Below are positions 36,274 to 50,329 of a stretch of DNA of 64,000 nucleotides, piece by piece. The notes under the pieces were generated by a model that saw only the letters and a list, made by a program, of their open reading frames with translations, ran no database searches and was not told the origin of the DNA. Source of the stretch: Raillietiella orientalis (Eukaryota); NCBI GenBank assembly GCA_036172245.1, contig JAYWIR010000033.1, positions 1,922,001 to 1,986,000 of the forward strand. The letters run 5' to 3'. Made by a program: the position numbers and the translations under genes. The stretch's first letter is position 1. Every line of letters starts with the position of its first letter.

Positions 36274-36799
36274 GCTCTTGTTAATGAAAATGGCATAGAG
36301 GTCGGCAGAGTGACCACTTTGTATTGTTGGCACATATGGGGTGACTGCTGCCGCTCTGCTCAAGGGGACAGCTCGTTGGTCCCAACATGTGTGCAAGACA
36401 AGCCTCGATGAGTCATCATGCAATGAGCTTTAGGATTTCTTTCTTAAGAACCCCGATTTCCTCTACTTGATCTTGCATTCGGAGGTTATCGAATGGCTAC
36501 AGCTTCTTGAAAAGCACTAACGATCTGCCTCCCCTGCAGCCACCGAGTACGAGGTTACTCGTCCTTTGGGCAGCCGTGCACTTGAAGCCTCCCGATCACG
36601 TGACCCTCTGCTCATGCTTCCACCCCACTCCAGGACTTTCAAGAGCAGATCATTTTCTTTACTGGCCTACCGTTGATGGACACTGGTTATTTGGACTTCA
36701 GGAAAAACTGGGCGCTAACCCTTCTGTGGTGATCTAAATCCGTCCTTTCGTGCCGCGACAAGTCGTGTGTGTCCTCGACTGAGTCGCACAGTATCCGGT

Positions 36800-37880
36800 G
36801 CGGCTCCAGCTCGCTCCCACGAGACCCATTGTGGCTCCATCCTCGATACAGCATGCAGATCGTCGCTGAGGGAGATGCCGGCATCGGTCAGATCCACCGC
36901 AGGACTCAACTTGGATTCTCCAGCTGTGCTGCGAGCAGCCTGCTGCAGGTTTTCAGAATCCCACGAGCTGAGGTCACGCGCCACCGGTGGTCAGACCGAT
37001 GTCTGCGCTCCCCTGGCGGAGAAGCGCAGAGCTGCTCCGTCACGCTTTGCTTCCCGATCTCGTCCGTGTGTCTTCGGACTCTGTCGTCTATCTCTCGAGG
37101 GGTGGCAAATCTCCAAGATGGTCCAAGATTCGTTGTTGTTTTCTTTCTGGAGCTCCGTATCTGACTTATGTTTCGAGGCAGCTTCTGATGTCTGTTTGTG
37201 GCCAGACGCGGGTTTGCCTCGCTAGCGAGTCGCATCCTCTATGCGGTCCACCAGGTCGCCGTTCTTCTTAGCGACGAGACCTAACTGCTGTGCGCAGCCG
37301 CGGAACGCATGCTGCAGCGACTAGCGCCAAATCATGCGTCTTGCGCACGGACGATCTGCATCTCCCTCGGAAAGGCTTCTCAAATAGGCTGGTACGATGA
37401 GTGCCTGCTATCACTTGGGTCACTCAGGTCCTCGGAGAATGAATCGCGAGCCAGCTGCTGAACTGGCTACTCCGGCGTTGAGAGAGCTGGGTCGATCTGT
37501 CACCCCTCCCCCCAAGTGGCAGCTGTAGTCTGCACTTCTGGATGCGTATTGGATGAGAGATGTGCTGAACCCCCACGTTCAATGGGCGCTCCCACTACGC
37601 GCTCTAAATGCTGCGAGGCGTACGTCAGAAGAACGCACCCTGAATCTGTGCCGTGAGAAATGCCCATTCCGGGCCGAACCACAACTATCTCCGAAGAAGC
37701 AGTGGAAAGTTTCTTAGTGTGAAATGGACTTTCTTCGGGCGCATCGAAAGAAGCCATCTTGCGCTGCATCCGTAGCGTTCTCAATGTCGTCGCGACCACT
37801 CCTCTGTCCATCCCGATGCTGCAGAGAGCAGTGCAGCGTTCTCGCATGACTTCAGCAGCGAAGAAGACCCTCCGCACTCT
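36800..37880 (-). mobile_element. Possible decayed APE endonuclease remnant of a LINE
   Basis: DSGCVLL (SxGVxxL-like), FSEDLS (GGDFN-like), TNRHQKL (SDH-like) and GPSWRF (GxxxWK-like) in order; very degenerate. Confidence 0.3.
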
Positions 37881-38975
37881 ACAATGGCTGAAGATCGAAA
37901 AGGCTGGTGTGTCTCACCATCCATTATTTATCTATTACTCACCTCATTCCTTACTTGAGCGTACCTTCTTCATACCAACCTCGCATCGGATGGTGGGCAG
38001 TCGGTCCGAAGAGAAAGGGTGAGGGAACATAAGCAAGCAAGAAGTGGAGGGAGGGCCAGCGGATGAAGAAGTAGATACATGTGGGATGAATCGGTGCTGT
38101 GACCGACCAGGGCGGACTTGAGAGAATGGAACGCGGTGGTCATTTGAGAGCTGTTCCCATCCTGTTGCACGACGGAGGCGCGAGACTCCGTCTGGTGACG
38201 AATCCTGCCAAAGATGAGATGCATCCCTCTCTCTGGGGCTTTTCTTCGCCGAACGTCCACCGTGCCCGCATATGGGAAAGTGACCGACGTCATTCGTACG
38301 TTTCTATTCAGATGACCTTGAGAATTTCCAGACACGTGTCCAGACAAATCTCCAGGGAGATTCGAGTCTGTGGCATGTCTAGTCACTTCCTAGCTTTTTC
38401 ACTCTCCGGTGGACCATAGGTCAAGTGCCAGGACTTCTTCCGAAGCAGGTGATTAGAGATCTTGAAGATGATTGAGATAGGTAAAGAGACCGAAAAGGCG
38501 GGTGAGAAGAACGCAAGGAGGAGCTGCATCGAACGTAGAAATCTGGTTCACTGACCTGAGAGATGACGGTGAACAGATTTCTCTTCGAAAGGAAGTTTCC
38601 AGGAGGTTCCTGAGCCTTCCTTTCGTTGAAAGTCCTCACTGCTGGGAATTTGATATCAGCCTTCAGCTACTGTTTGCTACCAGGTCACGCCGGGTCGCTA
38701 ATTTTATGAAAAAAAATAAACCAGTTGGGAACCGGAATGTTCCCAACCGATGACAGCAAAAAATCAAAAACAAAGGGGAGGATCCATCGGCGCGCAGGTC
38801 AGGATAATTTACAGTCCGGAACGGGGGGGGGACAAGGGAACAACAAAAATAAGTTGAATTGGGTGGGACGGGGCATGAATCTTTGGAGTCGCTCCGCACG
38901 CACCAGAATGAAAACAAAAAAAACACCGGGAAAATCGCCGAACGAAAAGGGATAGGGAACGCAATACAGAAATAA

Positions 38976-39700
38976 TTAAATAAAGGGGCAATGGATCAGG
39001 GTCACCAGAACCGGCCGTTCCGAACGATCCACCAACCGGCGCTGTATGCCGGTGATCTCCTCTTTCGTCTCTTCTTCCCGGTGATGCCACCTTGCAGCCT
39101 CCCTGATGTAGGCGGCTGCCATCGTGGTGACCTTCCTTCGCTGCGTGGTGGTCTCCACAGCACATGTCCGGCCGTAACGATGGCGCGGATGCAAACCCAT
39201 GGCTGCCATTGCAGCGCACGTCGAGAGACCTCTTGGAGCGAAGAACCGCTGCAGCCCATTTCGAGCGGTGCCCTCCTGATTGCGGGAGTGCTGCTTCCAG
39301 CCTCCGCCACAGTTCTTGGAGGGCACCGCAGTCTAGAAGCATCTGAGTATCGACTCCGTCGCCCCGCACGAGTTTCCCCTGAGGAAACTCAGTGCCGCCT
39401 CTCGCTGCATTGGAATCCCGAGTTCAGCACGTCCTGTCTCCAACTAAGCGGGAACACGGAAGCGTTCACGCAGGTGGGACCACGAGTTCTTCGGGAGCAA
39501 CACCCAACTGCTCACATTACCGAGGGAGTCCCGTACGTGGAGGGGTTGCATCCGCCAACTCGTGCGCCTTCCAGCCATCAGGGAGTCTTGTTGTTCCCGC
39601 GATAGTGCAAGAAAACTCCCACCTCGCCGGTAGGCTACTGTTTTCTCTTGCCCCGAGGGCAGACAGATCTGAGGTAAGGGGTATGACGGCCGGGTCGACC
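38976..39700 (-). mobile_element. Decayed Tx1/L1-like ORF2 C-terminus (zf-RVT-like)
   Basis: DTQMLLDCGALQELWRRLE (finger end HxLxDC...W) and AAAYIREAARW; similar layout to the other C-terminal remnants here. Confidence 0.5.
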
Positions 39701-42700
39701 ACTTTTCTGCGTCTTACATCACCACTTCCAGCGGTCGTGGTAGCAGATGCCGAAGGGGATCATCATCTTCAAAGCTCATTTCGTGGAATGCGACCCGGAA
39801 CTCAACTCAACAGACTCCTTGGGCCGAAGGTTGAAGGTTATCGGATGGCAGGAGATCCATGGTTGGACTTAAAGTAGAGAAATGATTTGTCTAAGTGGAA
39901 GTGGACCCCTGCATCCTGTAGAGCGTGCCTGGCAGCAATTAGAGCAGTCCTTCGCTGCTGGCGCATCTCCGAAGGATGATGCGAGCAGGGGCATACATCG
40001 GAGAAGTCCACAGCTTGGCACAGAGTGTCAGCATTCGTAAATGAACTTCCTGCCCGATTCGCTCCAGCATCAGGATGCTGACGCTGGCATCCCGCAGTGG
40101 TTCCGTCGAGTCCTCGAGGCGAAGCTACTGATTCTCTCCAAGAGAAGAGCAATGACGTTTTTCGCAATGGGATTCTACAGCTATACGTACAAACAAAGGT
40201 CCATTTCAACGTGACATGCACTGCTACTGGCAATCCTTTGACCTTTCCGATTCGGAAACTGAGATTCATCTTCGATGCGGTTTGGGGCCATTCAGAAAGG
40301 ATCCCCTGAGCAGAAGCACTACCGATCAGCCTGAGTCTTTTCGTGACGTCGTGAGGTGGATTGTTCCGAAGGAACATCCTGTGAAAGAAAAAAGCATGCA
40401 CTGATTCACAGAAGACCTTTCTTCCCTAATCTCTCATCGGAGCATGCCAGCGTGGGTCACGAATCGCCACAACAGTGAAAGTGGAAAAGGGAAAAGGACC
40501 AATCAGATCCCATGGAACATCACCCATCGGGAAGAAAGAACAAGTGTGAAGCCTCACTCTTGCATACGGGGAGCCATGGATCATGGCAATGAAGGGATGT
40601 GGGGTGAGCGACTTGAGACAGGCTCGCCTCAAGTCTGGCGTCGCGGAGAAATGTAGAGAATTCTAAAAAGGGTGGACCATCCTGTGGGACAGAGACTGGC
40701 GATTTCACCTTCGATTGTGCCATGAGACGCAAGTTCACATCCTGATCCTGCACCGCTCAGCGCAGAAAGATGCCGCTCTCCCTCGTCGAAAAAAAACACA
40801 AAGAAATCCATGCCTAGGAAATAAAGATGATGAGGATGCCCCTGAGAGGGTGATGCAGTGAGCCAAGTCATCTCCTATCTCCAGAGAGTGCACGCCCGAT
40901 TCTCCGGCCGCCGCTTCGTACATCCGTCCTTTCTCAACTTGCTGGTGCTCGCACGAGAAGCACCTACAAGGAAAACGGACTGCAATGCGTGTGGAATGTG
41001 GATGAGTGTGGCTGAGAGATGGGGCGATCAGCAGCTGCTCAATCATTCCAGCTGCGGTCCTCAGGAGGAAAGACCAAGCGGAAGCACGAACGGTGGGAGT
41101 TCCGTAGCTCAGGCAACCGAACTCATCCTAAGAAGTCGACTCAAAACATCTGCCGGATCTGATGCTGCAGAGGAATGACGAAATCACCATCATCGGCACC
41201 ATCGATTCCTGATGTTCCTGCAAAAGATCGGCTCCAGAATGGAAGGAGGTATGAGAAAAGAATAAGAACGAGCATCGCATTCTGTATTTTATTTAATTTC
41301 TTAGTAATTCTCTACGAATGGTGGTTTACGTGAATTCTTTTTTCCAGCTGAGAGCCTGCCATGCTTTCTGCTTCCAAATCTCAAGACGTTAGGAACATTC
41401 TTCAATAGGAAAGTGCTGCACCAGCCTCTCCGTTTTGATGACCTGGCATCTCATCTGCGGGCTGGACGTACAAAGGCCATACACGTCTTTCGTCCTGGAG
41501 AGCTGCAGCCGGTCCCCTAATAAACCCAAATCAAAGAATTCATCGGGAAAATAAAGAACAGCCAAATGGTCCATCATGTGATGCAAAAATCACCTGCAAA
41601 CTCCCGAATTTCTTTCAGACCAACCTAACTACCCATGATCCAAAATACGGGTTCAGGACAGGAGAAGGAAGGAACTCGGAAAAACTGTACGCAAGTGAAA
41701 AAACAAAGCTATAAAATTAGCTGCATCCAAACAGAACTCGGGAAACGGAGGGATGCTGGGTTTTCTCCAAAGTTCGTCGTCCCACTGCCGCGCAGCTTGC
41801 GCGTGACGGCATCACTGAACCAATGTTGCGAAATAAAAGTGTACCACATGGTTCCTTCTGTACTAAAACCTTCCGCATGCTGATGTCCCATGTCCTCGAG
41901 GACAATTTGGCTGCTCGCGAAAGACGCCGAGAGCTTTGTACGGTATGCATGTTCCAGACCAGGGGCTGACCAGGGAATTCCGAGGAAAGTTCTCCTTTGC
42001 GTCTTTCATGCTTGGGACACCTTTTCTTTTCGTCTCTTCATCCGCTCCTTACAAGCCTTGGGAGTCCACTTACCATGAACACATCGATTCCCTGGAGGGT
42101 TTTACGAGCACTTAAGGAAAATGCATTGCGCTGAGAAAGTTTTCCTACCTTCCGAATGGAGTCGGTAACGTCAGGTTTCCTTAATATGGTCACAATAAGT
42201 TTGCAGAGGACATAAAAAAGCATTTGGGAAGGGCTTTTATGATGAAACTTATAAAAATCAACTGACGTCTTCAAACTGTTCCGTTTCCGAGAAATATAAA
42301 GAGCAACTCTTCCCTGCATTTTCTCCGTGTGCAAACGACTCCATACCAGGATTTCCTAGGAGATCCTAGGAGAAGGTCCTGGAATTCCGACTGCTGAAAT
42401 GATGAGGGTGGTTTGACAAGAAACGATCCGTTCTGGAGAAACAAATCCGACTAGATTTTCCATGAACCTCTTGCATCAAGAAGCCATCATCACTTCCATT
42501 CGTCAAAGTGGCGGTCCCAGCATGATAAAGCACTGCTTTATGAACGCTGATGTTTGATGACGCAACCAACTGCGCTGGGTGACTCTGCTCACATCCGGTG
42601 GCTGTGCTCATGATGGACACTTATAACCTCAGCCTTTAGGAACCACATAGGTCTGTGGTGGGTGCCCTCAATAGCAGCGTTATGATGTCTGGAACGATAA

Positions 42701-43279
42701 AGCAAAGTCCCTCAAGGTTTCTTCATTATAAGGAATTCCATGATCCTCCTACACCTTCCAGAACGTTGCTCACTACAGGGAACACGTCGAGAGAGAAATG
42801 GACCCTGGAAGAATGCTAAACGAAGTCCTCAGAGTTCTCAAAGGCACGCCGCAGTCTGTCTTATTCTGCGCTCCGCCACCGGGTCAAAGACGACAACGCA
42901 AGCCGCCTCGACGATGTCATGGCCAAGTGCTTCGCCCTTACCGTTCTGTGATCCCTCGCGAAAAGACGGTGAAGGAAAACCCTCTATGCATGGAAACATT
43001 TCTCATATGTCTCTGAAAGAGAGAGAGAGAGAGAGAAAAAATTAATCCATCCTGTAGCAAACGTCGCTTCCAAAAAACACAAGGGTTTACGCGAAGAGCA
43101 ATTCCTCATCGTTTTTCCGGCTCCATTGATGCCGCAGGCGCAAAAAATGAAAAAATAAAAAAGGCGCCGTGTTCTGTTTCATTTGGAAAAACCATTCATT
43201 TTTTTTATTATTCGGTTCCCTGGTAAATTAAGGTGAACGTTTTCGTGCTCCTCCAGGAATTCACCAATCCTTCGCCAGC

Positions 43280-43790
43280 TATTCCAGGATGTGATTTATC
43301 GGGATGTTCCTCCGAAACAGTCCACGAGTTTCTCTTGCAGGAAAGCCGTCCGTGCAGACAACAGGGATAGAAGGACGCTGCAGTTTGCTCGTTCCCGTAG
43401 TCTTTCCGAACGATTAACTGGCGCGCTCCAGCGACTTTTAATACCGGTTTCACACCGATCTGTGAAGCTCTTAGCATCGTTCCGCTAGTGATGAAAGATC
43501 CAGAGCTCCGAAAGTTTTATAGCCTAACTTGATTTGGGATGCCCTCAAGAACAGGAGAGCGAGGGAAGGTGCAGACGGAACGGGTCGCACCGTGGTCCTG
43601 CGGCACGCGCACAGAAGTAGGAAACTGCAGCCCTCAGGGACCGCGACGAGCACACGAGCGCCTGCACTCGCCTAAGAAGTCATCCACTTCCACCTTCCTC
43701 GAACGTTCCGTACGAATCGGTGCTCTGAACGAAGACCCGAAGAAGAGCATCACTCACCAAATGAATCTCAGGTCTTGGGAGTGAATCCGA
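43280..43790 (+). mobile_element. Decayed non-LTR RT fragment (probably RLE/NeSL-type)
   Basis: VHEFLLQE...KDAAV...SFRTINW...TGF (RT domains 2a-3) and later SQVLGV (YLG-like). 43289-43390 is visibly homologous to 44528-44630. Confidence 0.55.
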
Positions 43791-44399
43791 AGTTGTCGTT
43801 CGAGACTGAGACGAGATTTCCACCCACATCACACCACGGCAACTCTTACCTCTCCTGTTGCATTTCCCTCTTCGAGCTCACATGAAAACGCTCGATCTTC
43901 GCTACCAGGCTGGGCCAGCATCCTTACTTCCAGTGATGGGAGAGAACCGTAGCAAGGCTGAGATTGATACTACGCAAGCATGCCTGTTTTTGGGTTGTGA
44001 CGAAGATAGCAAGCAAACTGACCTTTGCTGTCACGCAATGTCGCTTCCATCCTAGTGAGATGCAATCTGAAGCTGAGGACCCCAGGCAAAGGACACTTGA
44101 GGATAGTTTTCGGTCGGGTGTGTCTCAGGAAAACCCTCAAACTCAGGACCTCGGAAGCAATCTTCCTAGCTTAAACCCTGCAAGCTCAGCTCATAGAGGC
44201 GCAACGGTGCCTCGATGACCTGTGCTTTTCAAATGCGTAAGCACACTTGCTCTTGAAAGCATCCGTCTGTTCTTTTGGAACTCCAGATTCTCCATCTTGC
44301 TTGCGACCCTTCGTGACTGCTGTTGCCTCGCCGTCCACGCAAGGCGTTTATCCTAGGTTTCCTCGAGTCTAAGGAGCAATTGCAGCATCGCGAGCTCAG

Positions 44400-45690
44400 C
44401 AGTCACCTTGAATGGTAGCCATAATCATTCCAAAGATGCCCACGTTGGGGGACTTCCAGCCTACTTGCGGTGTAGCCCAAGGAGGCGTGGAAACCCCAAT
44501 CAAAGTAACCAGATGAAGGGAAGACCTGTGTGATTTATCGGGATGCTCATCCGAAGCAATCCATGGGTTTCGCTTTCTGGAAAGCCTTCCGCGCAGACAA
44601 GAGGAGTAGAAGAACGCACCTGTTATGCTCGAGTGCCTCAAAGCATTTCTTAGAAAGAGGTGAAGACCCAAGATGCATACGGCAGCAGGCTTGATTGAAA
44701 TCGCGTCCCGCTCAAGCATCGTCTACCAGTGGAGGAAGCTGACATAACATGCAGGAAGAATCTCCACGTTCACTAGCTACAAAGCGAATGACCATAAAAC
44801 TTCACCAATGTTAGAGCAGATCACGAGGATCACGCATAGACAAAGGGAACTCATGGCTTGTTCTTCTTGGAAGTCCATGGTACCGATACAAGTCTGCTGT
44901 CCTCGAGGAAGCAGCCAGGCGGCGGTCCCAGCGACCGAGACTGACAATCAGTTTTCAGCCCAGAAGGGCACTATGTGGGCAAGATGGCTCAAGGAAGGAA
45001 GGGTCCAGGTGCCGACATAGGTCCACAACCAACGAAGAGAAGAAGCGAACTCGACCGCCCTGGGATTGATGACGTCATCTCTGGGAGTCCCTGTCCGCAA
45101 AGTCTCCCTTTTTCTTCGGCCCACGGACTGGCGCACTCTCCGAATAAGGACCAGCAGACATACCTCAAGATGCAGCACTCCTGTGTCAACGCCGACTTCT
45201 CATCGCCAGACCCACGACTATCAGATCTCGCAGTGGAGGCAAGACGTCCCACGGCGTTCGCCGGACGCCTTGCCTCTATTGCAGGGAGAAAAGAGATTCG
45301 CATCACTGCCAACCCAACCCGAGGACCGATTTCAGGGGTGATGTCGTATCTGGAGTTCCAGAGCGATGGAGCGACCATTACCATAGACGTGACGTGCCCA
45401 TAGGAACATACTTTTCAGAGGCTCTGAAAGACAGGAGGCAGGAGAACAAGAGAAAATATCAAGGATTGACTCTCCATCTCGTCTCGAAGGGAGTCACGGC
45501 AACAGTGGGGTACGGCATCGTAGGATCCGGCGGAGCAAGTGTTGAGGTAGCTGAAGGCTCCGAACAAGTGGATGGTATGAGCAGGAAGATGGTCTGCACA
45601 TGCATTAAGTACTCCAGCGGAATACATTGGGAGCGCAGAGTGAGCCATCAGCCAAAGCACGTCCATCCCTTCGGTGGATTCACTTAAAAG
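44400..45690 (+). mobile_element. Decayed, internally deleted NeSL/Utopia-like element (RT start plus RLE)
   Basis: IIIPKMPTLGDFQP (IPK...RPI), VMLECLKAF (LDxxKAF), FLRPTDWR, ITIDVTCP, KRKYQGLTLHL, IVGSGG, CIKYSSGIHWE. Confidence 0.78.
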
Positions 45691-46499
45691 GTGAGTCGAG
45701 CTAGGCACTCAGGCTACAGAGATGGTGAAGAGTCTCCGAGACGGTTACCTGCACCGTCTGGGACCACGTAATGTAGAAGAATTTCGAACGATCGTTTACC
45801 ATTTTTTCCAGCGTTCCTTTGAACATTAGAGGCATCCGAAGACTTCAAAGTGTCAAAAAATGCTTCCGGCGGTCAAAAACTTGAAGGAAGTTTCAAGTGC
45901 ACTTCATTTCTAAAAATGTACACAAGCCATCAAGAGTAAAGTGTACTTGCCCATTCAACCATACACTGCTATAAGCAGACCCGTTGATGATGAAGAACTT
46001 TTCATCTAAAATCCCTAGAATATGAAACTAAAACTCGCTCCCGAACCTTTCTTCTTGATCTGGGATGAATTTTTGGTTCTTCCCTTCCTTTGGAGCTTCT
46101 ACACTTTCTGGTTCGGTTAAATGGTTTGAAGTCAAGGACGAAGCTCAACTCTTTTCTATAGCTGGTCCTCCTGCAGTCTGGAGTCACTCTAGCTCATCCC
46201 GGTAACCACCCAACTTTTAAACTACCATCTGCTTCCCGGAAGTTCTCACTCAGGTCATTTCACGAAAATCTTCAGGTGTCCCTGTTGAAAACATTTGACA
46301 ACACGCAAAAGAATGCAAGGAGGAGATTCTACGGAGCTTCCTTGTTTGAGACGAAGACCTGCGTTCAAGGGTGTCGGCAGTTCTTGCTCTGCTTGCTCTG
46401 GACCAAAGCTGTCTGAACGGAAACCTCCTCTGCATCAAACCTCGAGGATCCCTCTGTAGTGTTTACTGCCACCGCCACAGAAACCTGTGCATCCTGATG

Positions 46500-47150
46500 G
46501 AGCCTTTACACACTCGCCGATCAAGTTTCCTGGGATCTGAAGAGAGCTTCGTCGGGCGCGGAGGCGAACCCATTTGAGCGGTTCCTGCAGCAGTTCTTCC
46601 AGCCTCTGATGCGCTAAATTGGCGCGATGAGCGCCCCTGTATCCCACATCCGAAGATTCAGCGACTTCAAGCCAAGCGGGACCTCACTGAAAGTCTGAGA
46701 ACAAAACAGCGGACAGGAAAGCCTTGCTTTCGAAGTGCTGCAGCTGAAAAAAAAAAAAAAGGAAAAGGACCGGGTAGCGAGAGATGCTCTTTGGTCATCC
46801 AAGCAGCTGTTCGCTTCTCTTGAGTGCAGTGCGGCAGCGTCTTCTTGCAGGGCGTTTGAAAAGCCTGCAGCAGCGCTGCATCTGCTGAGCGGTACGAGCT
46901 CTCAAGGAGAGACGCTCGACTCGATGATGGTTTCGAAAGGAGGATTCCATCTCCAGGTGGACGCTGTGAGCGCAGTCTCCAGTAGCACCCTTCCTTCTTT
47001 CTGGGCTTTCGCGCGCCTGTTGCAGCACTTTCCACATGAAGTGCACTCTGCACGACTCGAGTATGAAGCCGCAAGAAAGACCAAGGAAAGGTCCCAGAAA
47101 ACGGAGGGAACTGCCCGCAAAATGTGGCCGAGCATAGCAGAACACCACAA
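46500..47150 (-). mobile_element. Decayed Tx1/L1-like post-RT remnant
   Basis: SLRFLG (YLG-like), RLSLRART (LSLxGR), LGLKSLNLRMWDTGAL (GGLGxxNL...AL). Confidence 0.45.
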
Positions 47151-50100
47151 ACGAATCAAGAGCGAACATCTGTAATGTATGCTGGAAAATGATTGATTGC
47201 TCAAGGTCGCTTACACAAGGATTGTTCAGAAGGTGTCTGGAAAGACGCCTTAATTATACTGCAAAGAAAGAAACCATCGCAAGATCGTAGAGGGTGCAGA
47301 GGTATCGAGAAAAAACAACTGCGATGCCCTCCCAAAACAACACAGAGAAGGCTATTTTTTCTATCCACCTATCTTTTTTTTTTTTTCCTTTCTACTTCCC
47401 GAAAGAGGACCTCAACGGAAAGCAGGCTGTTTGCGCAGCAGCTGCCCTCTAGTGTTAACAAGATGGTACGACCTACGGTCCCACTAATCTTGAATGCCAA
47501 TCGATTAGAACAAACGCCACGGAGGATGAAGGATGCAAACCATAACAGGTTTACTACCAAAATATTTTCAAGTGGGTTTCCAACTAACCACAGCATCCGT
47601 TGCAGCTCCACACAGGAGCATCCCGTAAAGTTGGAAATGATCTTTTAGGGAACCTCGGAACCGTCTGTGCTAGTGCTTTGAGGAGTTTAATCCCAGATCC
47701 CTCTTTGAAGCTCTAGTGACGCTATTCGGCCAGGAAAATCAACGATTCCCCAGCCCGCCTGGTCGTGGGGTGAACCCACAATCAACCAATCACAGACAAT
47801 AAACGCTGGGTGCTGTTTTTTTTAGGAAGGAGCCGTTTTCTGCTTGCGCTGGGACAGATAGGGGTGAGCGGAGGGGAAATGCGACATAAGGGGATAGTGG
47901 GTTGGTTAGTTACAGCCCTTTATCTGGATTGCTCCATCACGTATTCTCGACCAGTTGGTTGCCCGCTCCCTGGATTTGCTGTCACCCTACCGCGTCCTCT
48001 GATCCTGATTTCGCGCTTCAACAGTCCCATGAACAGGTCCCTACGAAGTTTTGTTCTTCTGCTAATGATGCTTCGCAGGTAGAAGACCAATATGAATCTG
48101 CGCATGGGGTTGTACATGGGGACGAATTCTTGTCCAAGGAAGAGTCCCTATTTCTCGGTGCGTTGTTACTCGCATCGACTTCATGACCACTCTCCAGTCC
48201 TGGGGGAAAGTTCTGCAGGTGTACATGGCATGTTCCCGCTTGCAGGACACTCTTCGTCACGAAGATTCCCCGTCCAATGTTCCCGGCCTCGTGCCGCACA
48301 GGATGCCTCCGTGATAAAGCATCGGGAGACAGTCCTGAATTTTCGGCGGCAGCTCAGACCTCCACAGCTTGCGGGTTCAAGGTCGGTGTCCGAACCTTGC
48401 CCACGTCCATTCCATGGCTTCTTCAGCGGTGTTTGGTGTGTGCGTGTAGCGTTCGGGGTTCGACTCGCATCCACTGCGATCCTTGCTCCTGCCATGGCTC
48501 GCGGAGAATTGTGGGACATCCGCCCTTGCGGCTGGTGCCTGTAATTCCTATATTCGCAGCTCGTGGGGATCGAACGTGAAGGGACTGTTTGCTTTCTGCA
48601 CTTCCTTTCTGCATTTTTTTTCTTTTTTGACTGCAATTTCTAGGCTTCCACGTGCTTGCATTTCATGTCAGCATACCAATGCATGTGAAGACGGCAGTCC
48701 GTTTGTGGGAACGCACTGCTGAAGAAAGGGGGACACCAGTTGAATGGGAAGAACCGGAGAGTAATTGGACGCTTTCCGAGAGAGGAAAGCAACGCTAAGA
48801 CTTCTTAATCCTAGGTCGCGAAAGGGATGACGCTTTGGAAACAAACAGGGAAGTTCGCAATCTGGAAACTCAGCATAAGAGGATTGAAGACTTTGAAATG
48901 AGAGTTGCATTTCCAGAGTTGAGCAGAGGTGTTCCTTTGCGTACAAAGACAGTGTACTCGGGAGAGCGGCTTCAAGCAGCCAACAAGCGATTCGTGTTGT
49001 TTCTTCCTTCTGCGTACGAATGCTGCAGGAGATTCGTGGTGGGAGTTTCGCGAACAGAGAAAAAGAACAGCCATGTGCGAAGGAGGGGCTCATCACCAAG
49101 AGAAATGCTCAGGATGCAAATTTAATGGCCATTTTTCCCGGATGATCCTTCAGTGCTTTCAAAGCACCGCAAGCTTTCCATCTTTTCCCAATTAATCGAA
49201 GATCAGTGCTCCTCCATCTCAAAGGTTTTGCGGTTTCTGATTGCGAGAGCACCAATTGCTGGTCTTCCAGCTGCAATGGAGAATGAGGGAATTCTATCAT
49301 CTAGCTAGAAGACGCTGTCAGTGATTCGTTCTTTCAAGTGACTCCGATTTCGCTCCGCGCCTCCTACTTGACGTACCTTTCGACTCCAGGAAGTGTAAAC
49401 ACGAAGCTACTCTGGGGGGGGGGGAAAGAAAACGTCATGTATTGGAGCTCAGAACAGCCTGCGGAGTGTGTCCACAGAGGGAAATTCCAGGAGAGGGAAG
49501 CTAAGTCTGGGTGTTACTGGAAAAATTCGACAACGCATCCATTTGTGGACGTCAAAGAGATGAAATCTTTCCATACTCGATTCGCGGAGGATGCAAACTG
49601 AACGAAGGACTGCTGATCGGATCTTTGCTTTGAGGAACTTCAAACGCAACTGGAAAGAAGAAGGTGGTTTCGTGGAAGCTGCTGTGGTCAGTTAGCAAGG
49701 AAACGCTTCATCTTCTTCCCGATCCGTGAAACGCTAACATCGGATGATTCTGCGAAAGGGATTCAGGTCCGGAGCCTCTTCTCTGGGCAATGAATCTCTC
49801 GAACTCAGCCAGAAGCACTGACCTGCACGAGAAGGAGGATCGTGGTCACGGATCCACAGCCCTGTTCGGTGCCCAAGGAATTTTCGAAAGTGAAGGGGTG
49901 CAACGTGCCAACGACCTCTCGCACTGTAAATTCAAATAAAAGTCGAAGACAGGCAAAGACCGGATTTCAGGAAAAGCCATGTCTTTGCGCACTGGAGCGC
50001 TGTACATAAGATTGTGTATGTGTGTGCAAATATCTCAATATGCACATCAATCATGCACTTGAGTGGCATAGAAGAAGAGTGAAAAATTTTACGACAGTGA

Positions 50101-50329
50101 ATACGTTTTGAGAGTAAATATGTGATTGAGTCATTCACATCCATATTTCATGTACAATCAGATAGGCGTCGTTCACACACATTGTAGAGCGGTAGCGTTG
50201 TAATGCACTCGGCAAACACACGTATGCATTATGTTTGATAATAAACACAGTACATATGTATTGAAAGAATGCACCATTGTGCACTCACAACTAAAGAATG
50301 TCCCAGCAGGGAAATTTTCGATCTGGAAA

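Noticed and set aside
48410..48480. Pol III B-box-like GGTTCGACTC (and GTAGCTCAG at ~41104)
   Set aside because: No matching A/B-box pair or cloverleaf, so no tRNA or tRNA-SINE is supported.
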